This document shows positions 48,611 to 62,498 of a stretch of 64,000 nucleotides of DNA, piece after piece. This DNA is from Saccostrea echinata (taxonomy: Eukaryota), in the NCBI RefSeq assembly GCF_033153115.1, contig NW_026889799.1, forward strand, positions 2,170,001-2,234,000, read 5' to 3'. A program made the position numbers and the translations under genes. Position 1 is the first letter of the stretch; every line of letters begins with the position of its first letter. The notes under the pieces were generated by a model, which saw only the letters and a program-made list of their open reading frames with translations, searched no databases and was not told where the DNA came from.

Positions 48611-51600
48611 TTAAAAATGTTTAAAACTGCTGGTTTAGTTTTTCCTCATTCTGATTTTCCTAGTTCTACATTAAAAATTAGGTTCCATTTCAATTATTCG
48701 AGATCTGTTGATTCTTGGTAAAAGTAAAATTAAACATTTTTTATTAAATGAAGTTATAGTGTAGCATATTTACATGTGAATTTTCAAATCCTGGGCAATG
48801 AATGTTCTATTTCTACATCAAAATTTACTCAAATATACCGGTTTCAATATAATTTACTGATTGTTTGTAACAATAAGGTTGCCTTTATCAACACAAGTTG
48901 CAGTAGATCGATTGGTATATTTCCTTGTCGGTTGATTTTAGGAACTATCGGTTTCCTTCGGAATTAATTACTTCTCAAAAATGTTGGAATTTAAAGTGAA
49001 GAACCCAATAATTGACTTTTTGACGTCTTGTTAATAGACCAATCAAACTATCAGAGGCAAGGAAATTTATCAGAAATTGTTGCAAATTTGATGTTGACCA
49101 TAATTATCTATTTTTGATGTAAGGAAAAAAGGAATCAAATGATACTATGTGTATTTAAGATGTTTTAATTAATTTTGAGAGATTTTGTCAATAATGAAAA
49201 ATGTTCACAGAGAAAACATCGGCGGGTGGTTGTAGCCCCCATCTTTTTATTTTTATTTTTTTGTTTGTTTGTCTTTTCTTAAAATCTGCTTCCAGTATGT
49301 AACTATATGTGCCAGCTACAGCTACTTTGTAAATATCAACATTTAGAAAACTTTCTATTTTAAAAATTAATATACGTAAATTACTTATCTTCCATGTACT
49401 TATAACGATTATATATTTACATCCACATTATTGGAATTAATGTTACATCTATTGTAGAAAAAAATAATATTGAACCCCTTATGCGGGTTAGGCATTTTTT
49501 CTGCAACAGCTGCAACATTAATTCCTACATTACATTTAACAACAAGAAAGCATTTTATTGTTTAAGAAAAACATGTTCTAGCAAGTTCGATGTATGTACT
49601 AATAGTTTTATTGAATAAAAAAAACTTAAATGATTAGTAAGACCCACTAGCCTCTTTGACAATTATAAACTAGTAACCACTTCAATATTTTAACTTTTCA
49701 GGTCTTGCAATACGCTTCAAACTTTCTTTCCATGTGGATGCATCTCGATATTCAGCTTTACATGTAAGAGGGGAAAAACTTGTTTTAACATATTCGATTA
49801 AACAATTTCAATACCGAGGAATTGAACAATAAATTGGTTGACCTCTAAGTTTTTCAAGCCGATACGTTTCAATGGAAAAGAACGCGCGAACAATCATATG
49901 CATGTACGAAATAACAGTCATTTTTTACGCTATATTTATGTAAGAACATTTCTTGCTTATTTAAATACTTCGAAGTCGAAGGATTTGTATTGCTACATGC
50001 ATTATAAACCTTTTCCCTATCGAGACAGTCTTGTATTGTAATTTTTAATGTATATTTTTTTTTTTCACTAACCTAATTATGATACCATAAGTTTGTATTA
50101 GGTTTGTAAAATAAAATCTGGATGAATAAGAGAACGTACCAAACTAAAAAAAAAAATATGTCGGATCTTTAAACAGGTTTAAGGGGAAATGTATTTACGT
50201 TGATTGACCAGTTTTCCTTGTTGCACAGATTATGTTCAAATCTTCGCTTTCAACACTTTGTTTACTCAATAATTTAAGCAACGTTCTATTTATATATTGT
50301 CCGTTGAAGAATGTGTTGTATTTATTACGAGATACATGCAGACTGTGGACTTCACAAGTTCTGATGCATTCCCTAGAAGATATACTCAATTCATATTGAC
50401 ACATCATCCATTAAAAGTCTACAGGTGAGCCTTGCGTACGTTTTTTTAATGCCCATAAGTTGACAGGAAGTAGACTACGTAAGTATATTCATTGTTGTTG
50501 TTTACAATGAGAAAATATTATTTTACATTAAAACTTGGGTAATGATCCAGCGAGAGTGTATAATTATTTGCTCACTCATGTTACTGAAATATGTGCTTTT
50601 ATGTGTTTTTAGTATCTTATTGTATTAAATAAAGTACTTTCGTTTTGACTCAAGATTGTCGAGAAAATTCGAAATAAGACAAGTTTACGAATAAATGCTT
50701 AATTGACTCTGAGATTTTTCGTTTCCTTATCATAAATTATAAAACTCTGATTAAATATGTTTTAAGTTTAATTTAAAAAATATATATCTTGCTATTGTTT
50801 GCCAAATAAAAAATATAACAACAATAAATTCCATTTGTTTTTGGTTGCAAATCATTGTATCTGAAGTATTAAGAGATACAATATTTAAGCAAATTTTCTA
50901 AATAATGGATTGAAAAAAAATGTATAGCTTAATTTCACAAATCATTCAAGTATGAACTTTAATTAAGTTCTAAATTATTTTATTTTTTAGGACATTTGAA
51001 AGAGTTGTCTGCCCATGTCGAAAGAAAAACTAATGCACAAGTTTTTATGGTCATCTACTCTTTTCTTACTACATTTAGATAGCGATTGGTAATATATGAG
51101 AGTATCTTTTAACGGAAGCTTCTTTCTTATAAAGTCCTTTAAACGATTTCTATATCTAACAATTAAATAATTTAATTGGTAAAATATGGTTAAAATACTA
51201 CTGAGTAATATTTGAATTATCAAACGTAGAATCTATTAAATCAACATGTAAATTTACTTTTTTATTTATTTATACAAGGTAAAGTGAATCATTCTATAAT
51301 TTTAGCTCTACAATATTATTAAATTGTTATCAAAGGTAAATAGTTATATATATAATAATTATAATAATAATAATAGTTATATAATACACATGTACATGTA
51401 ATAAAATATTCAATATTTCGAAATTTTGAATTTAATTCTAGATGACATGGTAATCAACAGAGGTTTTTGCTTGGGAAATATTATTTATAGATGTCAATGT
51501 TTGTGAAATGAGTAACAGGGTCATTTTCCCTTTCCTGATCATGATGATATTTACAAGAGTAAGTAGACATCTTTTAAATGCACATTTTTGTAATAATCTT

Positions 51601-51858
51601 AGGTTATAGCGTTTTTGAAAACTCATTTTAGAATAACTAAGCAAACAATGAGCAATAAGAACTAATATTTCTTCCGTTTTTAGAATGAAATATTTTTTAT
51701 CGTGAGCTTTTAATAATGATACATGTTAGATGTATACACAAAACAGACGTACACAAGGCAAAACAATATGTTACATAAAGGATTTTATTATGCTCTACAT
51801 TGAAATATTTTCCCATTTTTCTTCTAAAGACCGTTTTTTTACTGTATTGATTTTAAAG

Positions 51859-52857
51859 GAATGGGTCATTTGTGACAACAGATTTTGTGAGATGTGGAAG
51901 GAAACTGTGAATATTGTTCGAATATGTCCTTCAAATAAAACAGAAATAGAAAATAAGAATAGAAACTGCCAAAAATATGCTGAGAAAGCTCAACTCAACA
52001 ACTGCACAGACTATACAAAAATCCGATATCACTGTGTCCTTAATTCTTACGGGAATCAGACGCTTGAGGTGTGTTCACCAGAGAAACAAATAAATGGTAA
52101 GTAACAACACCCAAATAAACATGTAAATAAGACTTCATGAGAATTGAAAAATACCCCAAATAATTTAAATAATAAAGTGGTATTTTCTTGAAATAAATCA
52201 AACTTTCCTAACAGGAGGGTGAATGGAAATTATACAGAGCTTACTTGACATGATGCCAAAAATAAGATTAAAAAAATCATATATATATTTTCTGATGTTT
52301 AAATTTAAAAATCTAAATTTTTATATCAACTTTCTTTGAATTTTGAAACTGTGTACTGTCTTAATGTGAAATCATATTTTCATGGAGTCAAAATTTCGAG
52401 GGTTGAAGAAAAAATTTTGGTTTTGGGGCTTTGATTTCATTGTTAGGAACTGTTGAATAGTGATATGTTTATGAAATTCTACATTTCGTAGTGTACATGA
52501 ATTCGTGGGTCTCAGCATACATCCAAAGAACAAAAATCATCCCCCTCCAACTAAGAAAATGTCTGATTTCACAGTAATTTATTCAATTTTTTTTATTCAT
52601 TAGGGTTTTGTGCAGAATTCAATGAAGAGGTTGGCGAAATACTTCCAAATCACTATCTAGACTGTTCATTATTTACGCCACCCTGCAGCAGTCATTATAA
52701 TTCAGCTGATGCTTATCTCTGTACGTACAATCTTTCCAACTGTCTGTATTTTATTATCTGTGATACATTTATTTATATTTGATCAATTCGATTAATTTTT
52801 ATTTTTGAAGAAAGCTACTTTTTATGAAAAGAAAAACATTTAATGTTTTATCATTTT

Positions 52858-52903
<46 letters not shown>

Positions 52904-55900
52904 TTACACTAGAATTACCCAGCATACTTGAGTCGAAGGCTCAGGTGAACTTGTCCTATTGAAATTTGTCAGTTATCAAGCCTTTCAAACCTTTTTTTAA
53001 ATAAAGGAAAATCAGCAAGAAAAGGTTAAAAGTATTAAAATCTTCACATTAATGTACAGGCATCTCAGTATACTTGTATTCATCGTATTTTTCTTTGTTA
53101 AAATCCATTAATATTGGAATGGAAACGCATTACTGGAAATATCGGCGAATTTTCTTATAAAACTGTATTCTAAATCGATGGATTTCGTTTTGTACGGTAC
53201 TAATATATCGGACGAATGTAATATGGTTAGTTACTAAATATTAAGTACAATTAGATTTTCTATTTAGATGTTGCAGTCAAGTGATATTAACGCATATACT
53301 TGCAGTATTTAGACCACCTTCAAATTTCAATGCTGCAAGGGTATAACCAAGTTAAAATTATAAGATTAAGAATATTCTCAACAGTTATTGCAGTCTGTGA
53401 TCATATTGATTCTATTACATATATTTGTTAAAATATTTGTAAGGCTGCATGCTCAATTTTTTTTCTTATCAACTGCGTTAATCAGAAATAATTAATTTAT
53501 CTTTAAGATTTCATCAGGATCGCAGCACTTAAATAGCTCAAAACTTCTAGAGTATTCAGTTTATGGGTAAAAGCTTATTATGGTTCATTGAGTGAATGCC
53601 CTTGCACTAGCTCGATTTATTTTTACCCTACATTGCCCTTCAATGTACCTGCTTACAAATATACGGCAGTATCAGTTAACTAAAGGATACACGAATATTT
53701 GAGTAAAATAATAAAGAGACATCGCATCCAAGTTTATAGACTTGCTCAAGTCTCTTTGTTTTTTTTTTTTAATTCTTTGTCATTTTTGTATTATTTCCTC
53801 TGCTCTTTACCATAGTTAAATGTTATCAAATATTGACATGCTTGACATTATCAAAAATTATGAAAGAGAGCACTGAAACATAGAGACTTGAGCAAGTTTA
53901 CCAAGTTTATAGTCTCTTAAATATCTACAAATAATATGTTATTTTATCATAAAGTACACTTTCTTTGTGAAAATGTTATTAATCTGCCTTTCACTGCATA
54001 CAAACTGATTCAAATTTTATGACGTCTTATCGACCAGTGCATCGCGATGAGTGCCCTTTTTAATACCTTGCTAAGTGGAATTTATCTAATGACAAAACAG
54101 CATGTAATGGTACGTTTTCTGTAGTTTAATGAGTAAAGTGATAGTTGATATTTCCCCTATATAATAGGATCCGCCTCAAACAGTGCTGCGAATCTAAAAC
54201 ATTCAAGCACTTATGAACACATTCTTCACACTGTCACGGCGCACGAGTACACAATGGGAACAATGATCATTAAGAATCATTGAAAAAAAATAAATTTTAT
54301 GTTTAAATTCTTCCGCACATGCAAATTTTTCCCCACGCCATATTCATTTGCGTAAGTTTACTTTCCGTATGAAAACGGCTCTTACATTTCCATTTGAGAT
54401 TTGATAATTTTGCACTTTATTATAGTGATGAAGAAAAAACATAATTTTGTACACCTTACTTTGTAAATTCAGTGAAGTTTTCTTAGTTTTTTCATCTACC
54501 TAACTGCTGATTTTCAAAACCTGAGGAAAGGACTAGCTTAAATAAGGTTGTTACATGCTTGTTTAATTTATGGCTGCAGGGTTGTTTTGGGGCTAAAATG
54601 TTTTTGAGAGAATGGAAAGTAATTTTTAAGAAATCGATAGAGGCACTACAAACTAAATGTGAAAATAACGAACAGTAACGATGCTCAAAGTACAAACAAA
54701 TAAAACAAATTGTGTGTAGAGCAAACATGGGTCTCTTAAAACAGAGGTGAGATCAGGTTCCATGGAGGCGTGAGCATCCAATGTCTACCGGTCTGGTAAT
54801 TAAAAAAAATATTCAGACACTTCTAGAGCGTGTTAATTTAATTTTTTCTTCAGATTATCAAGACTTAAGTTAGAATAGGGCTAACACTCCGAGTCAATTT
54901 ACATAATTCACTAAAAAAAATCTTAATTTATTTTATTTCATATTGATAAAAAGCACCACCAAGTACAGTTTACTCGTATGTGATTTAGCTATAAACCTAA
55001 GTGGCTTAGTTTAGGTGCAATTTTTTTACGTGAATATAAAGGAGAAAATGTCTTCTGAAGACGAGCAAAGCTAATATTACGAAGGTGAGCACTTAAGTTT
55101 GTTTATATATATAGACATGTACTGCCTCCTATGCATGGATTTAACTCTTCTGTTGTTTAGACAAAAATTGCTACAATCACACCAACAACGAACTAGTGAT
55201 TAAAAGAATGAAGTATGGCGATGTCACCACACAAATGCAACCAATGAATGTTTCACCAGGATTACGTCCCTCTTCCAGTTACTTACCGAGTTCTTCAAAA
55301 ATCATAGAACCGTAAGTAAATAAAAACAATTCATATTTAGTTGCAAAAGATTATACCTTTTTAGACAAAGCATACATTCTGATACAACTGTTAAAAAACC
55401 AATTTCGATTGGCTTATGCACTGATATTTGAGGCATTTACACAAGTATTAACGAGAATGATTTCAAGCTTTTGATGATTAGACTTACACAAAACACAATG
55501 TTTTACCCATTTCATGAAAAAAACAACATTCACATAAAACAAAACGCATAATTTGCATTAGAATGAGAAATATATCTTCTTCTCATTTGTTATTTGCGAC
55601 CGTTTATTCTGATTAAGTGGATGCAAACACCCGTTTTTTCTGGCTCCATTACGCAGGTAAAACTCAATTTGCGATCGCTTAATCAGCATTAACTGTCGCA
55701 AATAACAACTGGAAAATAGTTACTCCCTAAATTTGTCACTGTCACTTCATGACAAAAAAATTATCAGAGAAAAACTTACTTCACCTGAACCGAAGGCTGA
55801 AATAAGCTTTTCTGATCAGAATTTGTCCGTTGTCTGTACGGTTGTTTCTATTGTGGTTGTTATCGTAAACTTTTCACATTTTAATCACCTTCGCTGAACC

Positions 55901-57688
55901 ATTGAGTCATTTTCAAGCAGACTTTCCATAAAGTATCACTTGTTTAAAGACAATTCAGAATTTTTAAAATGAAAAGTCAAGGCCACTATAAAGGGGAGAT
56001 TAAGATACTGAAAATTTATTGCATCTATAACAAATCTTCGCAAGAACCATTAGGTCAGAAAAGTGGAAAATTATGTAAAAGCTTCATTACATAGTGTTGA
56101 TTCACTTTTGTTCAACTCGTACCCCCAGGGGAAGGGTGGGGTCACAATAAGCGACTAAAGTTTTACATGTGGATATACAGGAAAAAATGTTAAAATATTC
56201 TTCCCAAGAACCCCTGAGCCAGAAAAGCTGAAACATATGTGAAAGCTTTAAGATGTGTATATTCATATTTGTTCTAATTATAAACACCCACCCCACCCCC
56301 CGGAGGTAGAAGGATGGTAGAATGGGGCCACATGGATGATCAAAGCTTTACAAAAAATAGGTGAATATCTTAAAAAAACTTCTGAAAACCAGTTAAGACA
56401 TAACTAGTCATACCGATATGGAAGCATCCTCAAGTACTGTGAATTTAAATTCGTTCAAATCATAACCCCATAGGTATGGTAGGACCAAAATTGGCGATCA
56501 AAGTTTTACAAAAAAGTACAAAGAAGACCTTTTTTTTTCCTCAAAACCATCAAAGGTGTGATTAGTCATACTGATATTGATGCATCATCAAGCAGAAAAT
56601 TTAAATTTGAACAAATCAGGACTCCCATGGGTAGGATCGGATCACATTGAATGGTCAAAGATTTACAAAGAGAAAGCTTCCTCCAAAAAACAACAGATTA
56701 GATTAGTCATATTACAAAGATTCCTTAGGTTGTAAAATCAAATTATTTCAAGACATTACCTCGGGATGTAGAGTGAGACCAGAATGGATGATAACATTTT
56801 TACATAGAAATACATATGCAAAAATCTTTAGAAATCTTCTGGTCAAGAACAGCAAACGTATGATTAGTAATATTGTCCTGGAAACAATAGGTAATAAAGA
56901 TTTTAATTTGTTTAAATCACAACCCCGCAGGGTAGGGTAGGATCACAAGTGACGATCATCTTTAGATTTTTTCTCAATAACAACTTATGCATATTGATAT
57001 GAAAGCATTCTTAGGTTGTGTAGATTTAAATTAGTTCAAAGCATAGCCCGGGGAAAGATTTGGCCTCGACAGAAAATCAAAATTAAATGGAGTACATGTA
57101 TCTTTAATAATCATTTTTCAGAAAGCAGCAAAACCATTATTTGTCATATTAATAGGTAATGGGGTTAAAGTTTGCTTTACAGTGCTTGCACTTATCGGGT
57201 TACCTTCTATAAATAAAGTATTATTATTATTATTATTACCCCCTGGGGTAGGTCGATGCCGCATCAGGCAAAGTTTTACATGGGAATATCTTCTCAAGAA
57301 CAGATAAGCCTTGACTATTCATATGAGTATGGAAGCAAGTTTGTTTAAACATCACCCCTGGGCCGGGGTATGATGGGACCACATATATTTTAGCTTTTCA
57401 GTGCTGAGCTTGTTTCTGTTGTTCTCTAACCAAAGTGCTCAGGTAAGCAATGTAGTCCTTGGGTCTCTTGTTTTACTTTGGCATTGTAATGTTTATTCAT
57501 TTTCTTCTATTAATCATCTATTTGAGTACTCCATGAAAAATTCCTTTTCTTCTTACAGGATCCAAACAATAACTATTGTATGCGTTGTTATCTTAACGAT
57601 AGTTACAGTTATGTTCTTTGGGAAGTTGCCAAAATGGTCTAAGTACGTATATATGTTCTTATAAGCAATATCAGTTTATCTATTTATT

Positions 57689-57727
<39 letters not shown>

Positions 57728-60700
57728 ATTATTATTATTATTATTACATATTTACGATAGTATAAATACGAAATCTTATATAAATAATCATTAACTTTGT
57801 TCATATCTAAAACATCTTCACTTAGTTATCCATCTAAAAAAATTGTTAAATCATTAAATGTTGCGTTAATTATTTATGCTACATATTATTTATCGATTTT
57901 GTCGTAAAAATCAATGTATCAAGCTTTTTTTTTCAAGATTTTTGTGTCAAGCTTATTAAAAAATTCAGGTCTATTATATTTATTTGGATCCGACAGTCTG
58001 TCTGTCTCACTGTCTTCTTCAACAAACTCCTCTTACATTAATGTGTTCCTATAATAGAATTTATGATATCATGAGGGTTTGCAAAAATTCAGAAATTTGG
58101 AAATTTTATGATCTCGAGGTCTAGAAAATAGAATGTAAATGTCTGAAATGCTTCTCAGCGTGATAAGTGAAAGATTTATAGGCATGGTGCAATTTTGTTA
58201 TGTATTTACAGATATTTGATACAGAGAAGCAAAAATTGCAAGAGAAACCCAACAGAAGAGGTAATTAAAAACACCAATACCAGTTAAACTCATCATCAAA
58301 TTTAAAAAAAGTTGATTTTTATTAATGGTGTGGTGATAACTTCAATATATATCTGGTTCTTTTCGCATTAAAATTACTTTACAAAAAGCAATATACATGC
58401 AGAAACGATAAGGATATATTAGATCCCGTAAAAGCAGTGACAATAAAAAATTGGACTATTACCTTTATAGCACATAAAGATATAAAGCTTTGCACTATTT
58501 TTCTTTTTAAACCCACTGATTTTTTGCATAAAATAACGTCACATTGTAAAATAGTGATATCATAACAACTCCTCAACGAGACTTCAAAATCTATTTTAAG
58601 CGTGTTTGTTTTTTTATACTATTTTATTACACTAATTAAAATAATATTTGATAGGTCTTTAATTATTTTGGTTGGAAATATTACAATTTACAAACCAATG
58701 CAAGTTTTTTTGTGGTTTCTACGATTCTAAATTCTTAGTGACTCTCTCTTTACTACTGCATGTTATAATATTTCCCTTGCCTAGATATAATACCCATAAC
58801 TTGAATTTTCTGTGCATTCACATTACTCGATAACGCAAGATTAAAACACAGTATTTCTCATCTGTTCCGACTGTTCGACTGCTTTCCATGTTAATAAACT
58901 GACATTTTTCAAATTTCAAAGTAACTAACTGAAATCTAGCTTCAAGAGAGGTCCGTTCCACTGCAAAATTACAAAGTAACAAACCGTAAATGAAAAGAAT
59001 TTTACCTTCAATAGTATCAACAAACCAATTTCAAAGGTACAAAATGCTCAATTATCCTACCATTTGGCATGCTTTCCATCCGCAGCTAGGTCCCTTTTCG
59101 GTGCTACATTTCGATATAACCGAAATGAGTACGATAGATAAGCAAATTATATGGACTTAGGAAAATACTCACCTTTAAGAAGTGAATTTAAAAGTTTTCA
59201 CCAAACATTATCAAAGAAAGCTCGATAAATTCAGTTTAAAAATGGTAGAATCATTATATTTGTTACATCGTACCATTTACTATTTATATCCATGGCCGTA
59301 GGAACCGGGGGAGGGGGGCACGGGGGGCCGTGCTCCCCCCCCCCCATAATTTTGCCGGTATATAGTTTACTATAGAAAATAATTTTGCCGATATATAGTT
59401 TACTATAGAAAACATAGCTATTATATGCGTGTGCCCCCTCAATAAAAACGTCTGATATCCTTTTTTTGCTTGTCTAGACAAGATAGTGCCCCCTCAACTG
59501 AAAACTTTAAATAATATTTTTAAGGGCATGTACCCTAGACATTACATATCAAATATATGTCAGGATTATTATGTATACATGTATTTACATGTAACCTAGA
59601 TAATGTTTGTTATAAATATTAGAATAATGTGACCATAATTTGTGCGAAAGACAATGTGAGCTTAAAAAGCACACAGAGCTCTATAATTTTTCACCTCTCG
59701 CTACAATATTAAAAAATCCTAGTTTTGTGAATTTGGTTTAAATTGCAGGTATAACGAGTGTTTTTATCGCTTATTATATATTATAAATGCGTAAAAATAG
59801 AGTCAGTAATGCAAGTGTGGAAACATCGAGCTATTAAAAAATTAAATCTGCAGACAGGGGATTGCCCGAAAAAGACTAAATTCTCAAATATCTTTAAATG
59901 CTGTTTAGGATTTTCTAGCAGTAGAATTGTTGCAATGGAAAAATTACATTTTTCATTATCAACTTCTGCAATACCCCAATAACCGCTTGTCGCCTGAACG
60001 TTGCGCGTAGAGATTTTACATTGTTTCCATTCCGGACTGCTTAACTTTGTTGGCATTTATTTTCCAGATCTCACTAATATCTGATACGCCACAAAAAACA
60101 TATTTTCGAAAACGTCAAGTGTCTACTCAGTAAATCCTATGACCTGACAATGAAAATCATTGTATAATTTAAACAGTTTAGTAAACGGACCTTGTACTTG
60201 ATTTTTTGAATACTTATAAATAAAAGATAAGAATTTAATCAGCTTAAACAATTCTCAATAATTTATATTAATGATTTCAATTAAATAACCCAAAATTAAT
60301 GCGAATTTTTCGGTATTGGTATTTATTTTAAAATTGTGCAATATTAGCGCCAGTCAAGTTTAATATCACATCATGCCAGTGTCCATAGCAAGTACTAAAT
60401 TGTAAATTAATAATTATGCGAGAAAAAAGACGCAACTATCTTGCTAGCTTCCACTAACCATCATATATTTTGCTGTTGAACAGTTGAGCACGACATTTTT
60501 TTTTTGCTTACAACGGGGTGTACATGTTCAACATTGAACGCTCAATCGTATTCGGAATGTTTTGGAGCATACTCATATACTTTGTGCAAAAGAGTATGAA
60601 ACTCTGAGATTCTCTAGTTTTTACTATTCTTTTTTATTTTACTTTTCAACGTGGATTAGCAGATCTTTTAATACGAAACTATAAGTTGCTTGTCTAGCAC

Positions 60701-61259
60701 AGATAAGTATTTTGGCCATTCTTTAACTTAATCTTCACATGAAAGGACTATAAGAAGCAGACGAATCTTTTCATTTCTTATACTTTTCTAAAAAAATATT
60801 TATATCATTTTGGAAGGTTCTTATACGAGTGTAAAAGATTTGTCAAGTAACTTGCAGCAACCCAAGCCACCCTCTGGTCTTGTGGTTACAGCGTGTGTGT
60901 CATCTTATTATCTATAGAGCCTCTTTGGCTTAGTGATTGTGCTCTATGCATTTGTTTATATTTTATTTTATTGCTTTATTTACAAGGAAACTAACAATTC
61001 TATAAAGAAATACTTATTTCAATGCTATCGGGGAAAGGTTCTTTTTATATTTCAGTAGTTGTTTGCTGCATGATGAGATTCATCAGTTTATGATCTATTT
61101 TGCTTTTAGCAGACACTGTTGTCTCTAACTACTAGTACATGATAGATGCATTTTTTAAAACGCTTTTAAGCAACGAGAAAAATTAAGTAAAATCTTACAC
61201 TTATCTTTTAGGGTAATGACATTGAAATGCAGCAGATGAACGTCCCACCTCAAAACTGA
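51859..61259 (+). CDS. Uncharacterised Cys-rich type I membrane protein; signal-peptide exon not resolved
   Basis: Phase-consistent exons 51859-52096 (CEMWKETVNIVRICPSNK...YHCVLNSYGNQTLEVCSP), 52604-52720 (GFCAEFN...CSLFTPPCSSHYNSADAYL), 55161-55311 (YKNCY plus S/P stalk), 57559-57642 (TM TITIVCVVILTIVTVMFFG), 58212-58260, and a probable last exon 61212-61259. Confidence 0.72.
52861..52900. repeat. (GA)n microsatellite
   Basis: 20 GA units. Confidence 0.95.
53737..53900. mobile_element. Mutator-like MITE with 9-bp target-site duplication
   Basis: TIR ta(g/a)acttgctcaagtctct; ccaagttta duplicated at 53728-53736 and 53901-53909. Confidence 0.7.
54660..54795 (-). mobile_element. Penelope-like 3' tail remnant
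   Basis: Minus strand gaccggtagacattggatgctcacgcctccatggaacctgatctcacctctg...gtttgctct matches the tail at 40750-40830. Confidence 0.65.
55587..55708. repeat. Foldback element with ~40-bp arms
   Basis: ttgttatttgcgac.gtt.at.ctgattaag is mirrored by cttaatcagcattaactgtcgcaaataacaa. Confidence 0.75.
55776..57472 (+). mobile_element. HINE/Helentron-type element carrying a decayed ~165-bp (Cg170-like) satellite array
   Basis: Head tcacctgaaccgaaggctgaaataagcttttctgatc plus gtcc/gtct microsatellite; monomers with gtttgttcaaatcat..ccc..gggtagg; tail ctcaggtaagcaatgtagtccttgggtctcttgtt. A truncated head also lies near 52920. Confidence 0.8.
57679..57746. repeat. (ATTT)n/(ATT)n microsatellite
   Basis: Direct inspection. 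Confidence 0.9.
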
Positions 61260-61395
61260 AGCATTCCCAGAGCAAACTTGCTACTCAATCTATGATGTCG
61301 AAACCAAAATCATCTTTTTCCTTCCAGGAGTATTAAACATTAAGATTGAAACCAAAAGCATTTTAGTTACAGATATTGAAATGTCTATTTTGTTC

Positions 61396-62450
61396 TTTTA
61401 TGCCCCCGTATCGAAGATTCGGGGGTATATAGTTTTTGCCCTGTCCGACCATCTGTCTGTTTGTCCGCAAAAACTTTAACATTGCCCATAACTTTTGATT
61501 GGTTCGAGCTATGGCTTTCATATTTCACATGTGTATTCCTTGTGACAGGACCTTTCTTTGGGTACCACCATATTTGACCTTTTGACCTTGACCTTGGAGT
61601 TTGACCCAGTTTTGCAAATTTTTTCCCAACTTTAATCTCCACAACTTTTGAACAATTGATGCTAGGGCTTTCATACTTCACATGTGTAATCCTTGTGACA
61701 AGACCTTCCCTTGGATACCAACAACTTAACCTTTTGACCTTGACCTTGGACTTTGACCTACTTTTGAAAAGCTTTAACATTGGCTATAACTTTTGAACGG
61801 TTGGTGCTTAGGCTTTCATACTTAGCTTATGTAATTCTTGTGACAAGACCTTTCTTCGGATACCGTCAACTTTGACACTTTGATCTTGACCTTGGAGTTT
61901 GACCTACTTTTCAAAAACTTTAACCTTGACCATAACTTTTGAACGGCTTTTGCTAAGGCTTTCATACTTTAAATATGTTATTTTTGTGACAAGACTTTCC
62001 TCTGGATACCAACGACTCTGACCCTTTGACCTTGGAGTTTGACCTACTTTTGAAAAACTTTAACCTTGGCCATTACTTATGAACAGTTGATGCTAGGGCT
62101 TTGGTACTTCACATATGCAATCCTTGTGACAAAACCTTTCTTTGGATTCCAACAACTTTGACCCTTTGACCTTGGAGTTTGACCTACTTTTGAAAAACTT
62201 TAACCTTGGCAATAACTTTTGAAACGCTGATGCTAGGGCTTTCATACTTCACATATGTAATCGTTTTGACAAACCTTCCTTTGGATACCAATAACTTTGA
62301 CCCTATGACCTTGACCTTGGAGTTTGACTTATTTTTGAAAAACTTTTACCTTGGACACAACATTTGAAAAGTTGTTGCTAGGGCTTTCTTATTTAAAATG
62401 TTTTTCCTTGTGACAAGACCTTCCTTTTGATACCAACAATTGCAATCCAT

Positions 62451-62498
<48 letters not shown>

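Noticed and set aside
47581-48721. ORFs with KVKV/SRSK repeats (also 30839..31210, 31989..32180, 61385..61780)
   Set aside because: They are translations of HINE tandem monomers, not genes.
55030-55090. Additional exon of the Cys-rich receptor (donor GAAG|GTGAGC)
   Set aside because: Candidate acceptors give in-frame stops; exons 52720 and 55161 join correctly without it.
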